This document shows, in pieces, positions 47,412 to 60,530 of a DNA stretch of 64,000 nucleotides. The translations under genes were made by a program, and so were the position numbers. The DNA is from Sphyrna mokarran (Eukaryota), in assembly GCA_024679065.1 (NCBI GenBank), contig JAGIQG010000003.1, positions 48,360,001 to 48,424,000 of the forward strand. Reading direction: 5' to 3'. A model generated the notes under the pieces. The model was not told where the DNA came from. It saw nothing but the letters and a program-made list of their open reading frames with translations, and did no database searches. Each line of letters begins with the position of its first letter. Position 1 is the stretch's first letter.

Positions 47412-48306
47412 AATAGAATGATAGAATCCCTACAGTGCAGAAGAAGGCTATTTGGGCCAATAAGTCTGCATTAACTCCCTGACAGAGTATACCCCCTGCC
47501 GTATCCTGTATGCAATTTTGGTTCACATATTTGTGAAAGGTTATATTGGCCTTGGAGGGAGTGCAGAGAAAGTTCATCAGGCTGACACCGGAGATGAGAG
47601 GGTTAGCTTATAAGGAGAGATTGAGTAGGTTGGGCCTGTACTCGTTGGAGTTTAGAAGGCTGAGGAAGGGTCTTATAGAGACATGTAAGATAATGAAGGG
47701 GCTAAACAGAATAGAGGCAGAGAGATTATTTCCACTTAGAAAGGAAACAAGAACTAGAAGGCATAGCCTCAAAATAAGGGGGAGTCAATTTAGAACAGAG
47801 TTGAGGAGGAACTTCTTCTCTCAGAGAGTAGTGAATCTTTGGAATTCTTTGCCCATTGAAGCAGTGAAAGCTACCTCGTTAAATGTGTTTAAGTCACAGG
47901 TAGGTAAATTTCTGATCAATAAGGGAATTAAGAGTTATGGGGAGCAGGCGGGTAAGTGGGACTGAACCACTATCAGATCAGCCATGATCTTATTGAATGG
48001 CGGGGCAGGCTCGAGGGGTTAGATAGCCTACTCCTGCTCCTATTTCTTATGTTCTTATCCCTGTAACTAATACCAATAGCTAATTATTCTAACCTACACA
48101 TCTGTAGATACCAAAGCAGAATTTAGCATGGCTAATCCACCTAACCAGCATGTCTTTCAGACTGTGGGAGGAAACTATAGCACCTGGAGGAAACCCACGC
48201 AGACATGGGGAGAACATGCAAACTCCACACAGACAGTGACCCAATGTTAGAATTGAACCCGGATCCTGGGCACTGTGAGGCAGCAGTGCTATGCACTGTG
48301 CCACCC
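47412..48306 (-). mobile_element. HE1 V-SINE split by a CR1 insertion (pieces 47412-47506 and 48056-48306)
   Basis: Tail ATAGAATCCCTACAGTGCAGAAG on the left, V-domain and head on the right; TATCC(C)TGTA at both junctions. Confidence 0.88.
47506..48058 (+). mobile_element. 5'-truncated CR1 LINE, same subfamily as 31983
   Basis: ORF 47546-47965 ALEGVQRKFIRL..LGLYSLEFRRLR..FFSQRVVNLWNSLP; tail CCTGCTCCTATTTCTTATGTTCTTA. Confidence 0.95.
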
Positions 48307-48935
48307 CAGAACCGAAATCCAAACTGATCAACTGTGAATTCACATCTCTACATATTCAGGATTTATGGATTTCTACCATTAACATTCTAGCCTCTGAGAC
48401 AGACCCCCTCTCTGATCCCGTTTTAGCTGTTCCCTTTTGTCAGGGCCTACAACACGGGGATGAAATCATAATCATTGTATAGTAGCAACAAAATTACCAG
48501 AATGTCAGCGTTTGTCTTTTAAACTAAAGAATACAGCTCCAGGGTTCTGTAAAATAATTATTTGTTGAGATTTCAGTTTAATCTCTCTCTTTGGATTCTG
48601 CTACAAATGTGGGTTTACTTGATTACTGGACACATGTTTCAGCAGCTCAGACTGTTCTGGGTGGTCCTCCTTTACAAATTCACTAATTCCTTTCCCAACT
48701 TCCCCAAATCAAACCATAAACGAATGCATTGAATCACTGGTTCGACATACCGCACAATATTTGCTGCTTAGACAGGCTGTGAGATCCAGACTTTTATTGC
48801 CTAATTCAAAAACAATTTACCGAACAAGACCTTACAGAACAACACTTTTGAACAAGGGCTAAATTGACTTTTTAAGGATTGATGAATGCAATAGAGAAAA
48901 AAAACCAAATCCATTCATCATTTTACATTGTTTTA

Positions 48936-51276
48936 AAAGAACAAAGAAGAAAAAAGCAAAGTACAGCACAGAAACAAGCCTGCGCTGATCATAGTGCCTA
49001 CCTAGAGTAAAACCGTATGCACTTACAGAGTCCATATTTTTCCATTCCTATCCTGTTCATGCATCTGTCTAGTTGCCCCTTAAACGCCACAATTGTCCCT
49101 GCTCCCATAAATACCTCCTTAGCCAGCGCGTTCCAGACATTCACCACCCACTGTGTAAAAATCTTGCCTCACACATCTCTTCTAAACTTTTTCCCATGCA
49201 GTTTAAGCCTATGCCCCCTAGTACTTGACTTTTCGACCCTAGAAAAGTGTATCTGACTAACTACTCTGTCCATGCCACACATAATCTTGTAAACTTCTAA
49301 CAGGTCACTCCTCAACCTCCATCATTCCAGTGAAAACAAACTGAGTTTATCCGACCCTTCCTCATGGCTAATACCTCCAGACCAAGCAACATCTGGTAAA
49401 CTGCTTCTGTACCCTCTTTAAAGCATTCACATCCTTTGGTAGTGTGGCAACCAAAATGTGCATCGTATTCTAAATGAGGCCTAATTAAATGTTCTGTATA
49501 GCTGCAGGATGACCTGCCAATCTTTATACTCAATACCCCGACTGATGAAGGCAAGCATGCCATATGCTTTCTTGACTGCCTTATCCACCTGCATTGCCAC
49601 TTTCAATGATTGACAGACATCGATCTGTCCAGATGCACCCAGATCTCTCTGCCTGTCAATATTTCTAAGGGTTCTATCATTTACTGTATAACTCCTACAT
49701 GAATTGGATCTTCCAAAATGCCCTCTCTCATACTTGTCTGAATTAAACTCCATCTGCCATTTCTCCACCCAAGGCTCCAATCAGTCTATATCTTGCTGCA
49801 TCCTCTGACAATCCTCACTACCTGCAACTCCACCAATTTTTGTGTCGTCTGCAAACTTACAAATCAGTCCAGCTACATTTTCCTCCAAATCACTGACAAT
49901 ATACTACAAACAACAAAGGTCCCAGAACTGATCCCTATGGAAAACTGCTGATCAGAATCTTCCATTCATGCCACCCTTTGTCTTCTATGGCCAACCTAGT
50001 TCTGTATCTAGCTTGCCAACTCTCGGCTGATTCTGTGTGATTTCATCTTTTGTACCAGTCTATCATGAGATACATTGTCAAAAGCTTCCCTGAAGTCCAT
50101 GTATACAATGTGCACTGTCTTTCCCTCATCTATCATCTATCATCTAAATCACTTCATCGAAAAACTCGATCAAGTTAGTGAGGCACAAGCTCCCCTTCAC
50201 AAAGCCATGCTGTCTATCACTAATGAATTCATTTGTTTCCAAATGTGAGTAAATCCTGTCCCCAAGGATTTTTTCCAATGCCGCAGCAATTTCTGCCCTT
50301 GCCTCCCTCGGTATTCTGGGATAGATCCCATCAGGCCGTGGGGACTTATCTATTTTAAGGCTTTTTAAGACACCTAATACCTCCTCCTTTTTGATATCAA
50401 CATGACTCAGAATATCTACACACCCTACCTCAACTCTTCATCCATCAAATCCCTCTCTTTGGTGAATACTGAGGCAAAGTATTAATTTTAGTATCTCGCC
50501 CATTTCCTCTGATTCCATGAATAGTTTCCCTCTACTATCCTTGAGTGGACCAACCCTTTCCCTAGCTATCTTCTTGCTCTTTACATTCTTGTAAAATGGC
50601 TTAGGATTTTCCTTAGTCCTGTTTGCCAAAGACTTTTCATGACGCTTTTTAGCCCCCTTAACTTCTTTCTTAAGTTCTCTCCTATATTCTTTATATTTTC
50701 AAGGGCTACATTATCCTCAGCCTTTTAGCCCTTACAAATGCTTTCTTTTTCCTTTTGACAAGGTTCATAATATCCCTCGTTATCCAAGGTTCCCGATACT
50801 TGCCACAATTATCCTTCATCCTCACAGATACACACCAGTCATGAATTCCAATCAAATGACCTTTGAAAGACTCTCACATGTCGAATGTCGATTTACCCTC
50901 AAACAGCCTCTCCCAGTCTATACTCTCCAGATCCTGCCTAATGTTATTTTAGTCAGTTTTTCCCCAACTTAATACCTTCGTCTGGGGACCACTCTTGTTC
51001 CTGTCCACAAGCACCTTAAAACCTAAATGGAATTATAATCACTGTTCCCGAAATGCTCTCCTACTGAAACTTCAATCACTTGGACAGGCTCATTCCTCAG
51101 TACCAGGTCTAATATGTCTCCTTCCCAAGTTGGGTTATTTACATACTGTTTCAACAAATCCTCCTTACAAATTCTGCCCCAGCTAAGCCCCTAGCAAAAA
51201 GTGAGACACAGTCAATATAGGGAAAGTTAAAGTTGCCAATCACAACAACCCTGTTGTTTTTGCATCTTTCCAAAAT
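48936..51276 (-). mobile_element. CR1 LINE, ~2.3 kb with internal deletions (endonuclease to 3' tail)
   Basis: WVEKWQMEFNSDK, KAVKKAYGMLAFISRGIEYK, KENPKPFYKNVKSKK, and VVIGNFNFPYID near 51215-51250; (AAGAAC)-type tail at 48936. Confidence 0.92.
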
Positions 51277-51324
51277 AAGACCACATTCACTACCTGCAAT
51301 GTTTACTCTCTCCATTTTGTACAA

Positions 51325-51475
51325 TTTTGTCTTTTAAAAAGCATTTTGACAGTTATGTGGGTAAGATGGGATATGGACCAAACATGGGCAATTGGGATTA
51401 GCTTGGAGGTTTAAAAAAAAGGGTGGCATGGACAAGTTGGATCTAAGGGCCTGTTTCCATGCTGTAAGCCTCTAT
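51325..51475 (+). mobile_element. CR1 3' tail
   Basis: GGCATGGACAAGTTGG...GGGCCTGTTTCCATGCTGTAA. Confidence 0.88.
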
Positions 51476-51625
51476 ATATAAAAAAATAAACAAAATGATT
51501 TGCAGCAACTCCGCAAGGCACCTTTGACAACATGTTCCAAACAAACAACTTCTGCCACCTAGAATGACAAGAGCATCAGGTGTATGGGAAAACCACCACT
51601 TCTGAGACACACATCATCTTGACTT

Positions 51626-52158
51626 AGAGTCATAGAGGTTTACAGCATGGAAACAGACCCTTTGGCCCAACTTGTCCATGCCGCCCTTTTATTTTAAACC
51701 TCCAAGCTAATCCCGATAACCTTCATTTGGCCCATATCCCTCGACACTCATCTTACCCATGTAACTGTCTAAATGCTTTTTAAAATACAAAACTGTATCC
51801 ACTTCTAATATTACCTCTGCAGTTTGTTCCAGATATTCACTGTCCTCTGTGTGAAAAAATTGCCCTCTGGACACTTTTGTATCTCTCCCCTCTCATCTTA
51901 AATCTATGCCCTCTAGTTTTAGACACTCCTACCTTTGGGAAAAGATAATGACCATTTAGCTGATCTGTGCCCCTCATTATTTTATAGACCTCTGTTAGAA
52001 CACCTCTCAGCCTCCTCAGCTCCAGAGAAAAAGTCCCAGTCTATCTAGCCTCTCTTTATAACTCAAAACCATCAAGTAGCATCCTAGTAAATCTTTTCTG
52101 CACTCTTTCTAGTTTAATGATATCCTTTCTATAATAGGGTGACCAGAACTGTATACTG
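51626..52158 (-). mobile_element. 5'-truncated CR1 LINE
   Basis: ORF 52056-52238(-) YSIQFWSPYYRKDIIKLERVQKRFTRML; tail GAGTCATAGAGGTTTACAGCATGGAAACAG. Confidence 0.92.
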
Positions 52159-52399
52159 TAGGATACAGTTCTTGGAAATATATTGTTGTTCTTCAGTGTT
52201 GCCATATGAAAATTCTGGAATTCCCATCCAAACAGCACATGGACTGCAGCAGCTCAAGAAGGTGGCTCATCATTACCTTCTCTAGGACAATGAGAAGGGG
52301 AAATCTGGCAAAATAGAAGTGACACCAATAATCTGGTAATGTACTGAAAGGAAAAAGCAAATGCCATCCAGGGTGAAAACCACCCTAATAACTATGTAT

Positions 52400-52870
52400 T
52401 TCAAATGGAATCCCTATGCCACTGCACCCATTAAGAAATTTGTTTGACCTAGTTGTGAAAGTTAATTAGGAAGAGGAATAGTCTTGACAAGAAACAGGGG
52501 GAGGAAGAAATGTAATTGAGGTAGCTATGGGAGTCAGTAGATTTGTGGCAGGTACTGGTTCAAAGCTTATATCCATCAGTGGAGATAAAGAAGTGAAGGA
52601 AGGGAAGGGGAAAGTTAGAGATGAACTGGGCAAAAGTAAAGAAGGTTTGGAAGTGAAAAACAAAATTAACGAAGCTTTCCAGCTTGGTGAAAACAGGAAA
52701 CAAAAGTCTTCATACCAGAAAAAAATAATCAGGGAGCCTGATTCACACTAGAACAAAAAAAATGCAATACATCCTGCAAAAAGGCAGACATAGCTGGGAT
52801 CCATGTCGGTTTCCATAGCGACACCTTTCATTTGGAGGAAGTAAGTGGAGTTAAAGGGAAAATTGTTCCA
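52400..52870 (-). mobile_element. Penelope-like RT fragment
   Basis: 52780-52868(-) translates NNFPFNSTYFLQMKGVAMETDMDPSYVCLF (Penelope RT GVAMG..GPSYA motif). Confidence 0.8.
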
Positions 52871-55800
52871 TATAAACTTGATCTGTTACAGAGACAGATA
52901 AGTCAGTGCCAACATAAAATTAAAATGCATAGACAAAGGCTAGAGGTGGAAAAGAAGTGGCACAATTGTAAATTGGCATTATACCAATAGGAAACTGAAA
53001 GGCTATGACTTAAGCAAAGCAGGTCTGGAAAGTTTTCTTCTACAGATGGCAGAATGCACCAAAATGACTATAGATCAGGAAATAGATGTCCAGAGATCTA
53101 TTTAAGAGTCTGGTGCATGATAAATTTATCAAAGCTAGCAGTATTCAATTACGAATGGGGACGACAGATTGTTTGAATTCATAGCTCCCTAACACTGAGC
53201 CTTAAAGATCTGGTCAGAGAAGCTGAAATGAGTATTCAGTGGTCAAATAATGATTGGACTTCTTTTGTGTTAATCCCACTTCAGTTGCAAATTATGATGC
53301 AATGAACTAAACAATTGGGTCATTTATTCCCACTCAAGCACAGGAGCATACATTTAAAATACTATGTAAAGACCAGAATCTGTATGTAATAGGTCACTTT
53401 ATAGGAGACTTACAGGTAAATCCATCAATGGAGCTAAAGAAGTGGAGGAACACTGTATCAGACAGTCAAGAGAGCTGAGCATCATGTGGATTCCTGAGGG
53501 CAAAGGAGAAGACAAGCAGAAACTACCATTCAACAGCTCCAAGATTCACTTAAAATAACTGATTGGTTGCAAGATGAAGAAGAGGATATTGCGTAGTTTT
53601 GCAGGCATTAAAAGGCATAAATTCTGCAAAGCAGGTCTGAAAAGTTTCCTTCCACAGATACTATTCAACCCAATTGTTATCCAGTATTTTCAAAGTGTAA
53701 ACATTGTTTAGCGACACAGTGCCATCAAACTTCCAGGCCATGGTCGAGAGTGAACTAATGATGAAAGACAGTTGGATCATTAACAATGTTTGAAATGAAA
53801 CACAGGCAAACAACCTGGAATCTACAGCTGATGGCCGTATCTTAGGCACGATGTGGGCAGCTATTTTAAAGTTACCCACAATGCTGCATTCTTAGGAAAA
53901 CAGGATAAAGGGACTGGTGTGAGGCAGGGCACCACCATCAGGTGAGCAGCGCACCTTGAATGTGTATCCGAAGATATCAGTCCAAGATACATGGCTGACT
54001 GGAGCATTTCTGTTTCTCCTGACTCAACATAAATATAAAGGAAAAATCGTAATAGCCTTACTGTTTAGTTAATGACCTCTGGAAATTCCTTTAATTGTTC
54101 ACTAACATTTGCTTAATATTCACATGAAAATCTGTGTTTTCTCAACTAGAATGATACTGATGATGTTGCAGCATAAGAATGGACTTGTACTACTGTAGCA
54201 CATGCAATTTGCAACAGTCGAAAGCTTGGCTGCTTTTTTGTGGTCTGATATTAAATTAATATTGATCTTTCACTGCTGGCAGAAATGTAATATTAAGTCC
54301 CAGAACTTCTTTAACCCACATTTATTAGATCACGACAAATGTTATGATGTGAAGCTGTATGTGAAAAATATTAATTGTAGGTTTATTATCAAACAACCAA
54401 AAAAATCAATACAACAGTAATGAAATAAGCACTCAACTACATTTGTTTTACATTACCATAAATTCACTATAAAATTATTCTATGGCATTTGAAATTGGCC
54501 AAAATGTCTACGGTGAAGGTTATTTCTAGTAACACGAAGATAAATTGTTCAAAGATGAAACAAAAATAGTTCTTTGTCTTGACATCTTAGACACGTAAGC
54601 TAAAATAAATTAGCACAACAATTTTGATATTTCAAACATCACTCACTCTGCCGCCACTGTCACAGCTCTAATCACTGCTCATGCAACCTGAGGCTGGTCA
54701 CTAATGCACCGAAACATTGCTAATGACACCAAGCTATGACAAGATAAGGACATGTTCATAATGAATTACTTCAGCAAAGCAATGTAGTCAGAATAATTAT
54801 AGAATCACATGTCCTTCTGGCCCTCGATTGTCACAATCATCACTTCCAATGCTAAAGCAATATTATGATAACCTTATGTTCAACAAAAGCTGCAACTGTT
54901 TAATAGTGTTGTACATGTATACTGTAGTTTAAAGTCCTGCTTGGCTACTAGTGGCATTTGGCAGACTGAGGTTTTATATGTGTTTTTATATCTCTATTAA
55001 AAATCCAAGATCCTTGGGAATGGTGTTCATAGTTTAAGAAAAAGCTTTTGCAAGTGTTTCCCTACCATATCTCACAATGATCTTGAAGTGATTGTCTTAA
55101 CAAGTTTACTTTGATAATGAGATTTTAATATTTCAAATTTGGGGATAATTACACTTATACCTATCATTTAAAACACATGCAGCAGCTACAGGGTTAAATC
55201 CATTATAATAGTTTCACTGCTTCCCCAAGAGGCTCATAGCAAGGAAAATATCTAGCCACACCAATAGCGAGATAGAGTTATCTCTCCATACTGTAACTAT
55301 CTGCCAAACTGTAGCATCCTGAAAATGTCAGACAATGTCATCACTGCAAATTGCCCAGATTTCCCAGCTACCATATTGTCAATAGGCAGCTGTCAAGCAA
55401 GAGATAATGTAAATGTAGCAGGCAGTGGAAAGCAAGTGATATCGCTGAAAGGAGTCCAAAGAAATTGATTTTTAAAAAATCTAATAACCTAAAGAATATC
55501 CCATCATATGTCTTAAGCTCATTATCTTTATTAAGTCATTATCAATTCAAAACAAAATAGTAATTTTGTGAGAATAGTGGAGAAATAAGAAAAATAAAGA
55601 CAAATGGAATAAAATATCACTTGGAACATAAGTTATGTTTTTTGAGGTAAAGTTTCCATTTTTAGAACAATCAACAATCCATACACAAATTGTGTTCAAT
55701 ATTACCATAATTTTCCAAACTGATTATACGGTTAAAGTTTTCATTCAACCTCACTTGCAAATCAAAGTGTAAATTCATCAATGCACGCAACTGGATAGCA

Positions 55801-56080
55801 TTTTAGCAGGTTTTTCTTGCATGAAAAGGTGTTCCTTGTTGAACCGAAGAATGGTAACCCAGTTCAATTTTAAAAATACAGATGAAAATGTGTTTATCAC
55901 AAAAAAAGCACTTTTAATAAGTGTCTAATCCATTTCTTAAGTAAGCTGATTTTCAATAAAATTAGTTAAGAAACAATACAGAACTACTTACTAATTTAAT
56001 TGATGTATAGATAGTCAGCTTTTTAATAAATTACACTTTTTTAATGTTTAAAAGCTCTTCAAAGGTACCTATTCTGGCCT

Positions 56081-56300
56081 GGTGATACTGTGGACAGAGC
56101 CCCTGCTTCTGAGTCAGAAGTTTTGAGTTTGAGTCCCACCTCAGGGCTTACGGTCAAGAAAGGTACGTTTACAACATGACCAAACAGATTAAATGTCGAC
56201 TTGCAAATCCTTTCAACATATACCAAGAGCAAGAGAGATTCATCAGCCATGTGACAGGAAGATCATTGGAGCTTTCACCTTCAACGTGTATAGCTCCAGA
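56081..56300 (+). mobile_element. tRNA-derived SINE, unnamed family (copy 4)
   Basis: CTGCTTCTGAGTCAGAAG...GAGTTTGAGTCCCACC head and CTTGCAAATCCTTTC body, reverse complement of copies 1-3. Confidence 0.7.
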
Positions 56301-56324
56301 CGACAACATGCATGTAGTCAAGCT

Positions 56325-56710
56325 AGCGTTGACTGGTACCACATCCACCACCTCCGACATCTACTCTCTCCACCATCTTGCATAGTGACAGCAGTCTGTA
56401 AAATCAACAAGATACATTGCAGCAACTCAACAAAGTGCCTTCGACAACACCTTTCAAACAGACAGTCTCTGCCACCTAGAAGGACAAGGGCATCAGAATG
56501 CATGAGAACACCATCACTTCTGAGGCAAACATCATCTTGACTTGGAAATTTATTGTTGTTCCTTCAGTGTTTCTGGCTCAAAATTCTTGAACTCCCATTC
56601 AAACACTGCAGCAGCTTAAGAAGGCAGCTCACCACCATCTTCTCTCAGGCAATTAGGAATGGACAATAAAGAATTGACCTAGCCAGTGACACCCACATAC
56701 CATTAAAGAA
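56325..56710 (+). mobile_element. LINE-B 3' fragment
   Basis: CAAGATACATTGCAGCAACTC...CCACCTAGAAGGACAAGGGCA...GGCAATTAGGAATGG...CTAGCCAGTGACACCCACAT. Confidence 0.85.
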
Positions 56711-57345
56711 CTCTTACGAAGCCATTCACAAATTCCAGTTCCCTTGTGATGCATTCAGACAAAAAAAGTTTCGATAGAAATGCCTGCACATGGAAATCAT
56801 TGTAAACAACAGGCAGTATAAATTTAACATACTACCTGTGATGCAATGTACAGGCACAGGTTAATCGCACATTGTAATCCCAATGCTGGTTTTCAGGGAT
56901 TAGCTAAGCGAGCTCCCAGTCTCCCTGTACACAAAAAAACTGTGGGCGGAATTTAATCAGTGCATGCTATTCCTAACAGCAGAACCTGAGAATGGTGCCA
57001 CTTCTATTCTGGTGTCAGAATCCGGCATCCACATGATTCATATGAAAATTTAAAAGGCTGGCTCCATGCACATGAAATACACGCAAATATGTGGCAGGGA
57101 CAGGTTTCAACAGGACAGTCCTGCTTTTGGGCAAACTATAAAAGAGCCACCAGGACAAATAAGCAAAGCTGTGCATCAAAGATGGAGGCTGCATATCTGT
57201 TCATTTTTCAGTCTGCAACAACTTCTTTTCTTCACAACCTTCAACTCCTTCAAACTTTGCCCCCCCCCACCTTTCACTGCACCCACTCTTAAAATCCATT
57301 GACTTCAGGTCCCTTTCCCCATCATTTTATGTCAAAGCCAACAAA

Positions 57346-57885
57346 ATGCCAAAGTAAAGATAAGCCTCGTGGTTCAATGATGCCTTAGTGCACATTGTCC
57401 TCAAGGGTGTTTCAGAATGGTACCAGGTACTCTTCCTGAATGGTAGTAACAGAATATCCTTCCACCTAACCAAGATGGCCTGGGTGGAAGTTGCAAATGA
57501 GGTCAGCAACAGTGGCATCCATGCAAGAACACTGAACAGTGCACTGCATCTATCAGCTGTGTAAATGCCACATTGGCATCGGTTTGTCTCTGATATGGGC
57601 ATCAGGCAAATGTAACTCTGGAGTTAGGCAGGTGAATGCATTATCAGCCTTAAGATTACGGAACACTTGAGGCCAAAGCATGTGACAGCAATTAGATATG
57701 GGCCATTACGTGTGATGGGCAGACAAATAGATATATAATCTGAAAGAAATGGTAAAGGTGGGCAGGGGAGTGTCTGATATGAAAGTCCTCACCCCTGCTA
57801 TGGAGGAAGCCATCCAGATCATTGGGGAGGAGGATAGCAAATCTGCTGCTGATGGTGAAGTTAGTGTGGAAAGGCAGCAAAGTGA
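57346..57885 (+). pseudogene. Harbinger Myb/SANT DNA-binding protein pseudogene (two recognisable coding blocks)
   Basis: 57364-57561 reads ASWFNDALVHIVLKGVSEWYQVLFLNGSNRISFHLTKMAWVEVANEVSNSGIHART; ~57737-57880 reads NLKEMVKVGRGVSDMKVLTPAMEEAIQIIG; in-frame stops directly after the ATG at 57346. Confidence 0.8.
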
Positions 57886-59389
57886 GAATACATCAAACTA
57901 GACCTGCCATAAAGAGTGTTCAGGATCATGCGAGGAATTGTGCTTCAACTCTGTGGAACCAGAACATGTTTCTGCCAGTTCTCCTGTATAGATGCCTGCA
58001 ATCCAGACCACAGACCTCTGTCTTTGGAGACAGTAGATTCCATCTCTGGGCACAAAGATACAGATGATTCACCATCACCTAACACTCCTGTACTCACTAC
58101 CAGTTAACTACATCCATCCAGGTTGCAGCTGGGTCTCATTTAGAACTGGAGCCACATTCCGGTGAGCACAGTACAGACACATTCCAACAATTGAGGGAAA
58201 CTGTGACAGTCAGGATCCCTGACGCTCAACAGGACTGTTCAGGATCAGGCACCACAGAGTGCCACACTGATGACAGGCCATTCATGGTGGCCACAGAAGG
58301 TTTCTGAACATGCAGCAGAGGTTAGGGGAACAATTGGGCGGAGATGCTAGGCGCTATAGACACTTTGTGAAAGTATAGAAAAGCTAGGAGTTCTGCCATG
58401 TCTTGAACAAATGAGCATACGGAGAACTTGGCAACTGCCATGGGCAGTCAGATCAAACAATCTGTCCATATGATCTGCATTGCACTATTCTAGCCAGGAG
58501 CTTAGTGCATTAGTGACTGGAGGAGAGGGAACAAAGGCACCTGGATCTCCTTGCAAGGGACAATTCCCCTCAGGATTTAGGGAGGTACCACTGTGCACCC
58601 AGATGGAGGAAAAGCACATGACACCTGCTCAGGGACTTACCTCTTAGGATACCAACAGGTGACCAATCCCTCACTTTTCCCTCTGCCACTAACCCCTTCT
58701 CTTCTAATAGGCAAGGCTGAGGAAGTTGCCCTGGGGATGTTCTGGCATCCATCCAGAACATCCCCATTTGGAGACAGCCCTGAAGACCCCAGACTTCCCA
58801 GAAGATACAGGCCAAAGTCATTGCTGGCAACAAGGCTTCACACACTGCAGTCTGTTGCCACCTCTTGCTGCTGATGTTAGGTTTGCAGCAGGATGTAGTG
58901 GTAAAAAGTTGAAGAATTGATGAGAGTAGCATGGGTGTTTTAATGAATTTCACTTCGTCACATATAAATTGCTTAGAACATATTGTTTATTTGTGTTCGC
59001 ATAATTTTCCTTTTCATGCTTTTCCTTTCTATACTTACCTGTATTGGCATGCCTTATGGCTGGGACTCATTAATGGTTGCAGGAGAATATTAGACACTTA
59101 ATTTATTGTGTAGAATATTATGATGGTGTTTCATGTTTGAGATCAGCCTCCATCTAATCTAGCAGTGATTGTTAGACATCAAAATGATGAACCTGCCCCT
59201 CATGAGTTGTGCAAGTTCCTCAAACTTGGATGAATCTCATGTACATAAGATTGTTCCTGGTATCCCTGGCTTTGATATCCATTACAGGCTCACATACAAT
59301 CATGTCCTCTTCATGAGGTTCATTCCATTCAGTTAATATCAGCAAAATACTGTGGATGGTGCAAGCCTGATATCAAACCTGAAATTGCT

Positions 59390-59490
59390 GATGTTCCAAA
59401 GGAGAGTCATATTTGATTCAAAATCTTAATTCTTGTTTCATTCTCCATGGATGCTGCAAGGCCTGCTGAGGATTTCCAGTGTTTTTATTT
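59390..59490 (+). mobile_element. Penelope 3' end fragment with eroded hammerhead region
   Basis: GAGAGTCATATTTGATTCAAAATCTTAA...CTCCATGGATGCTGCAAGGCCTGCTGAGGATTTCCAG, homologous to 3165-3210 and 63701-63800. Confidence 0.7.
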
Positions 59491-59499
59491 ACCTCATCC

Positions 59500-60530
59500 C
59501 ACTTATCTTTCTCTGAAAGTTGGTATTCCATCCCGGCATCCTATTGTCAGGGTTTTCCACGTTATGCAGTTTTCAATATGGTATGAATATCTATGAAACA
59601 CTCTGTGATGCCGACTGCAGAGCCCCTCTAGACTGTATGGACAGCCAAAGTATGTTTTTAACATGCTGATGGCTTGTTTGATAATGACTTTTGTACGGAT
59701 GTTGGTATTGATGCAGTGCTGATCCACTGTTCTCTGGGGATGTCTTACTGGTGTCATCAACCATGTCCTAGTCACCTAGAATCCAGCCCTCAATCTGGGT
59801 TGGAATCTCAAAGGCTATGAATTCCCCAAGATATGTGAACCACAAGAGCACCCTAGGACTATATGATTCTTTGTCCCTGGTTGTAAATTAGTTGGACATT
59901 TAAAGAGTGAAATAACTTACAGTTCACATGTGCATCCGACTGTTCCCTGGGATCTCTAACAGTAACAACCAATTACTCCAAAACAATTACAGTCCAAAGA
60001 TGTGTGAGTTAGGTTGATTAGCCATGGTAAATTGCCCCTTAGTTCCTGGAGGACTAACAGGATAAATACATGGGCTACAGGAATAGGGTCTGGGTGGGAT
60101 TGTGGTCAGAAAAATGGGCTAAATGGCCTCCTTCTGTACTTTAGGCATTCTGTCATACTCCTTGCATTCCAGATAAACAAGCAGTAGCCCCAAACCTCAG
60201 TGCCTTCTCTCCTGGCTGTCTTCACCTTGAATGAATCTCGTGAGCCAATGGCATAATGGAAGAGGACATTGGTCACCTCCTTGATGCAGCTTGTGAGATG
60301 CCACATGTTGCTTGTAAAGTCCTGAAAGCAGCAAGTGGTGGAAGGTTTGAGAGTCACAGTCACTTTGAGAACCACTGACATAGGAGTGCCACTGAATCCA
60401 TGTTTTTTGATGACTGCTTCCTGGGATATTCTCATGCATCTATGGCAGTGTGTCTTTGACGTCAGGAGACAGTTTTTCCACGTCTTGAATACACGCTGCT
60501 CCATAAAAGATCTATTCTCCAATGCCTTCC
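59500..60530 (-). pseudogene. Harbinger (HARBI1-like) DDE transposase pseudogene
   Basis: QRVFK..CHRCMRISQEAV..PMSVVLKVTVTL..CIKEVTNVLF; FHSLNVQL; TWLMTPVRHPQ..IIKQAISMLKTYFGC resemble HARBI1-family motifs; frameshifts and a SINE insertion. Confidence 0.85.
59989..60155 (+). mobile_element. HE1 V-SINE 3' part inserted in the transposase gene
   Basis: ACAGTCCAAAGATGTG..GTTAGGTTGATTAGCCATGGTAAATTGCCCCTTAG...ATGGCCTCCTTCTG. Confidence 0.85.

Larger units (their letters stand above)
51280..52330 (+). mobile_element. LINE-B 3' fragment broken by two CR1 insertions (pieces ~51280-51322, 51495-51625, 52162-52330)
   Basis: GCAGCAACTCCGCAAGGC...CCACCTAGAATGACAAG and GGACTGCAGCAGCTCAAGAAGG, collinear with 6640-6960. 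Confidence 0.75.

Noticed and set aside
59500-60530. Domesticated HARBI1 gene
   Set aside because: Multiple frameshifts, a SINE insertion and flanking TIRs indicate a dead transposon
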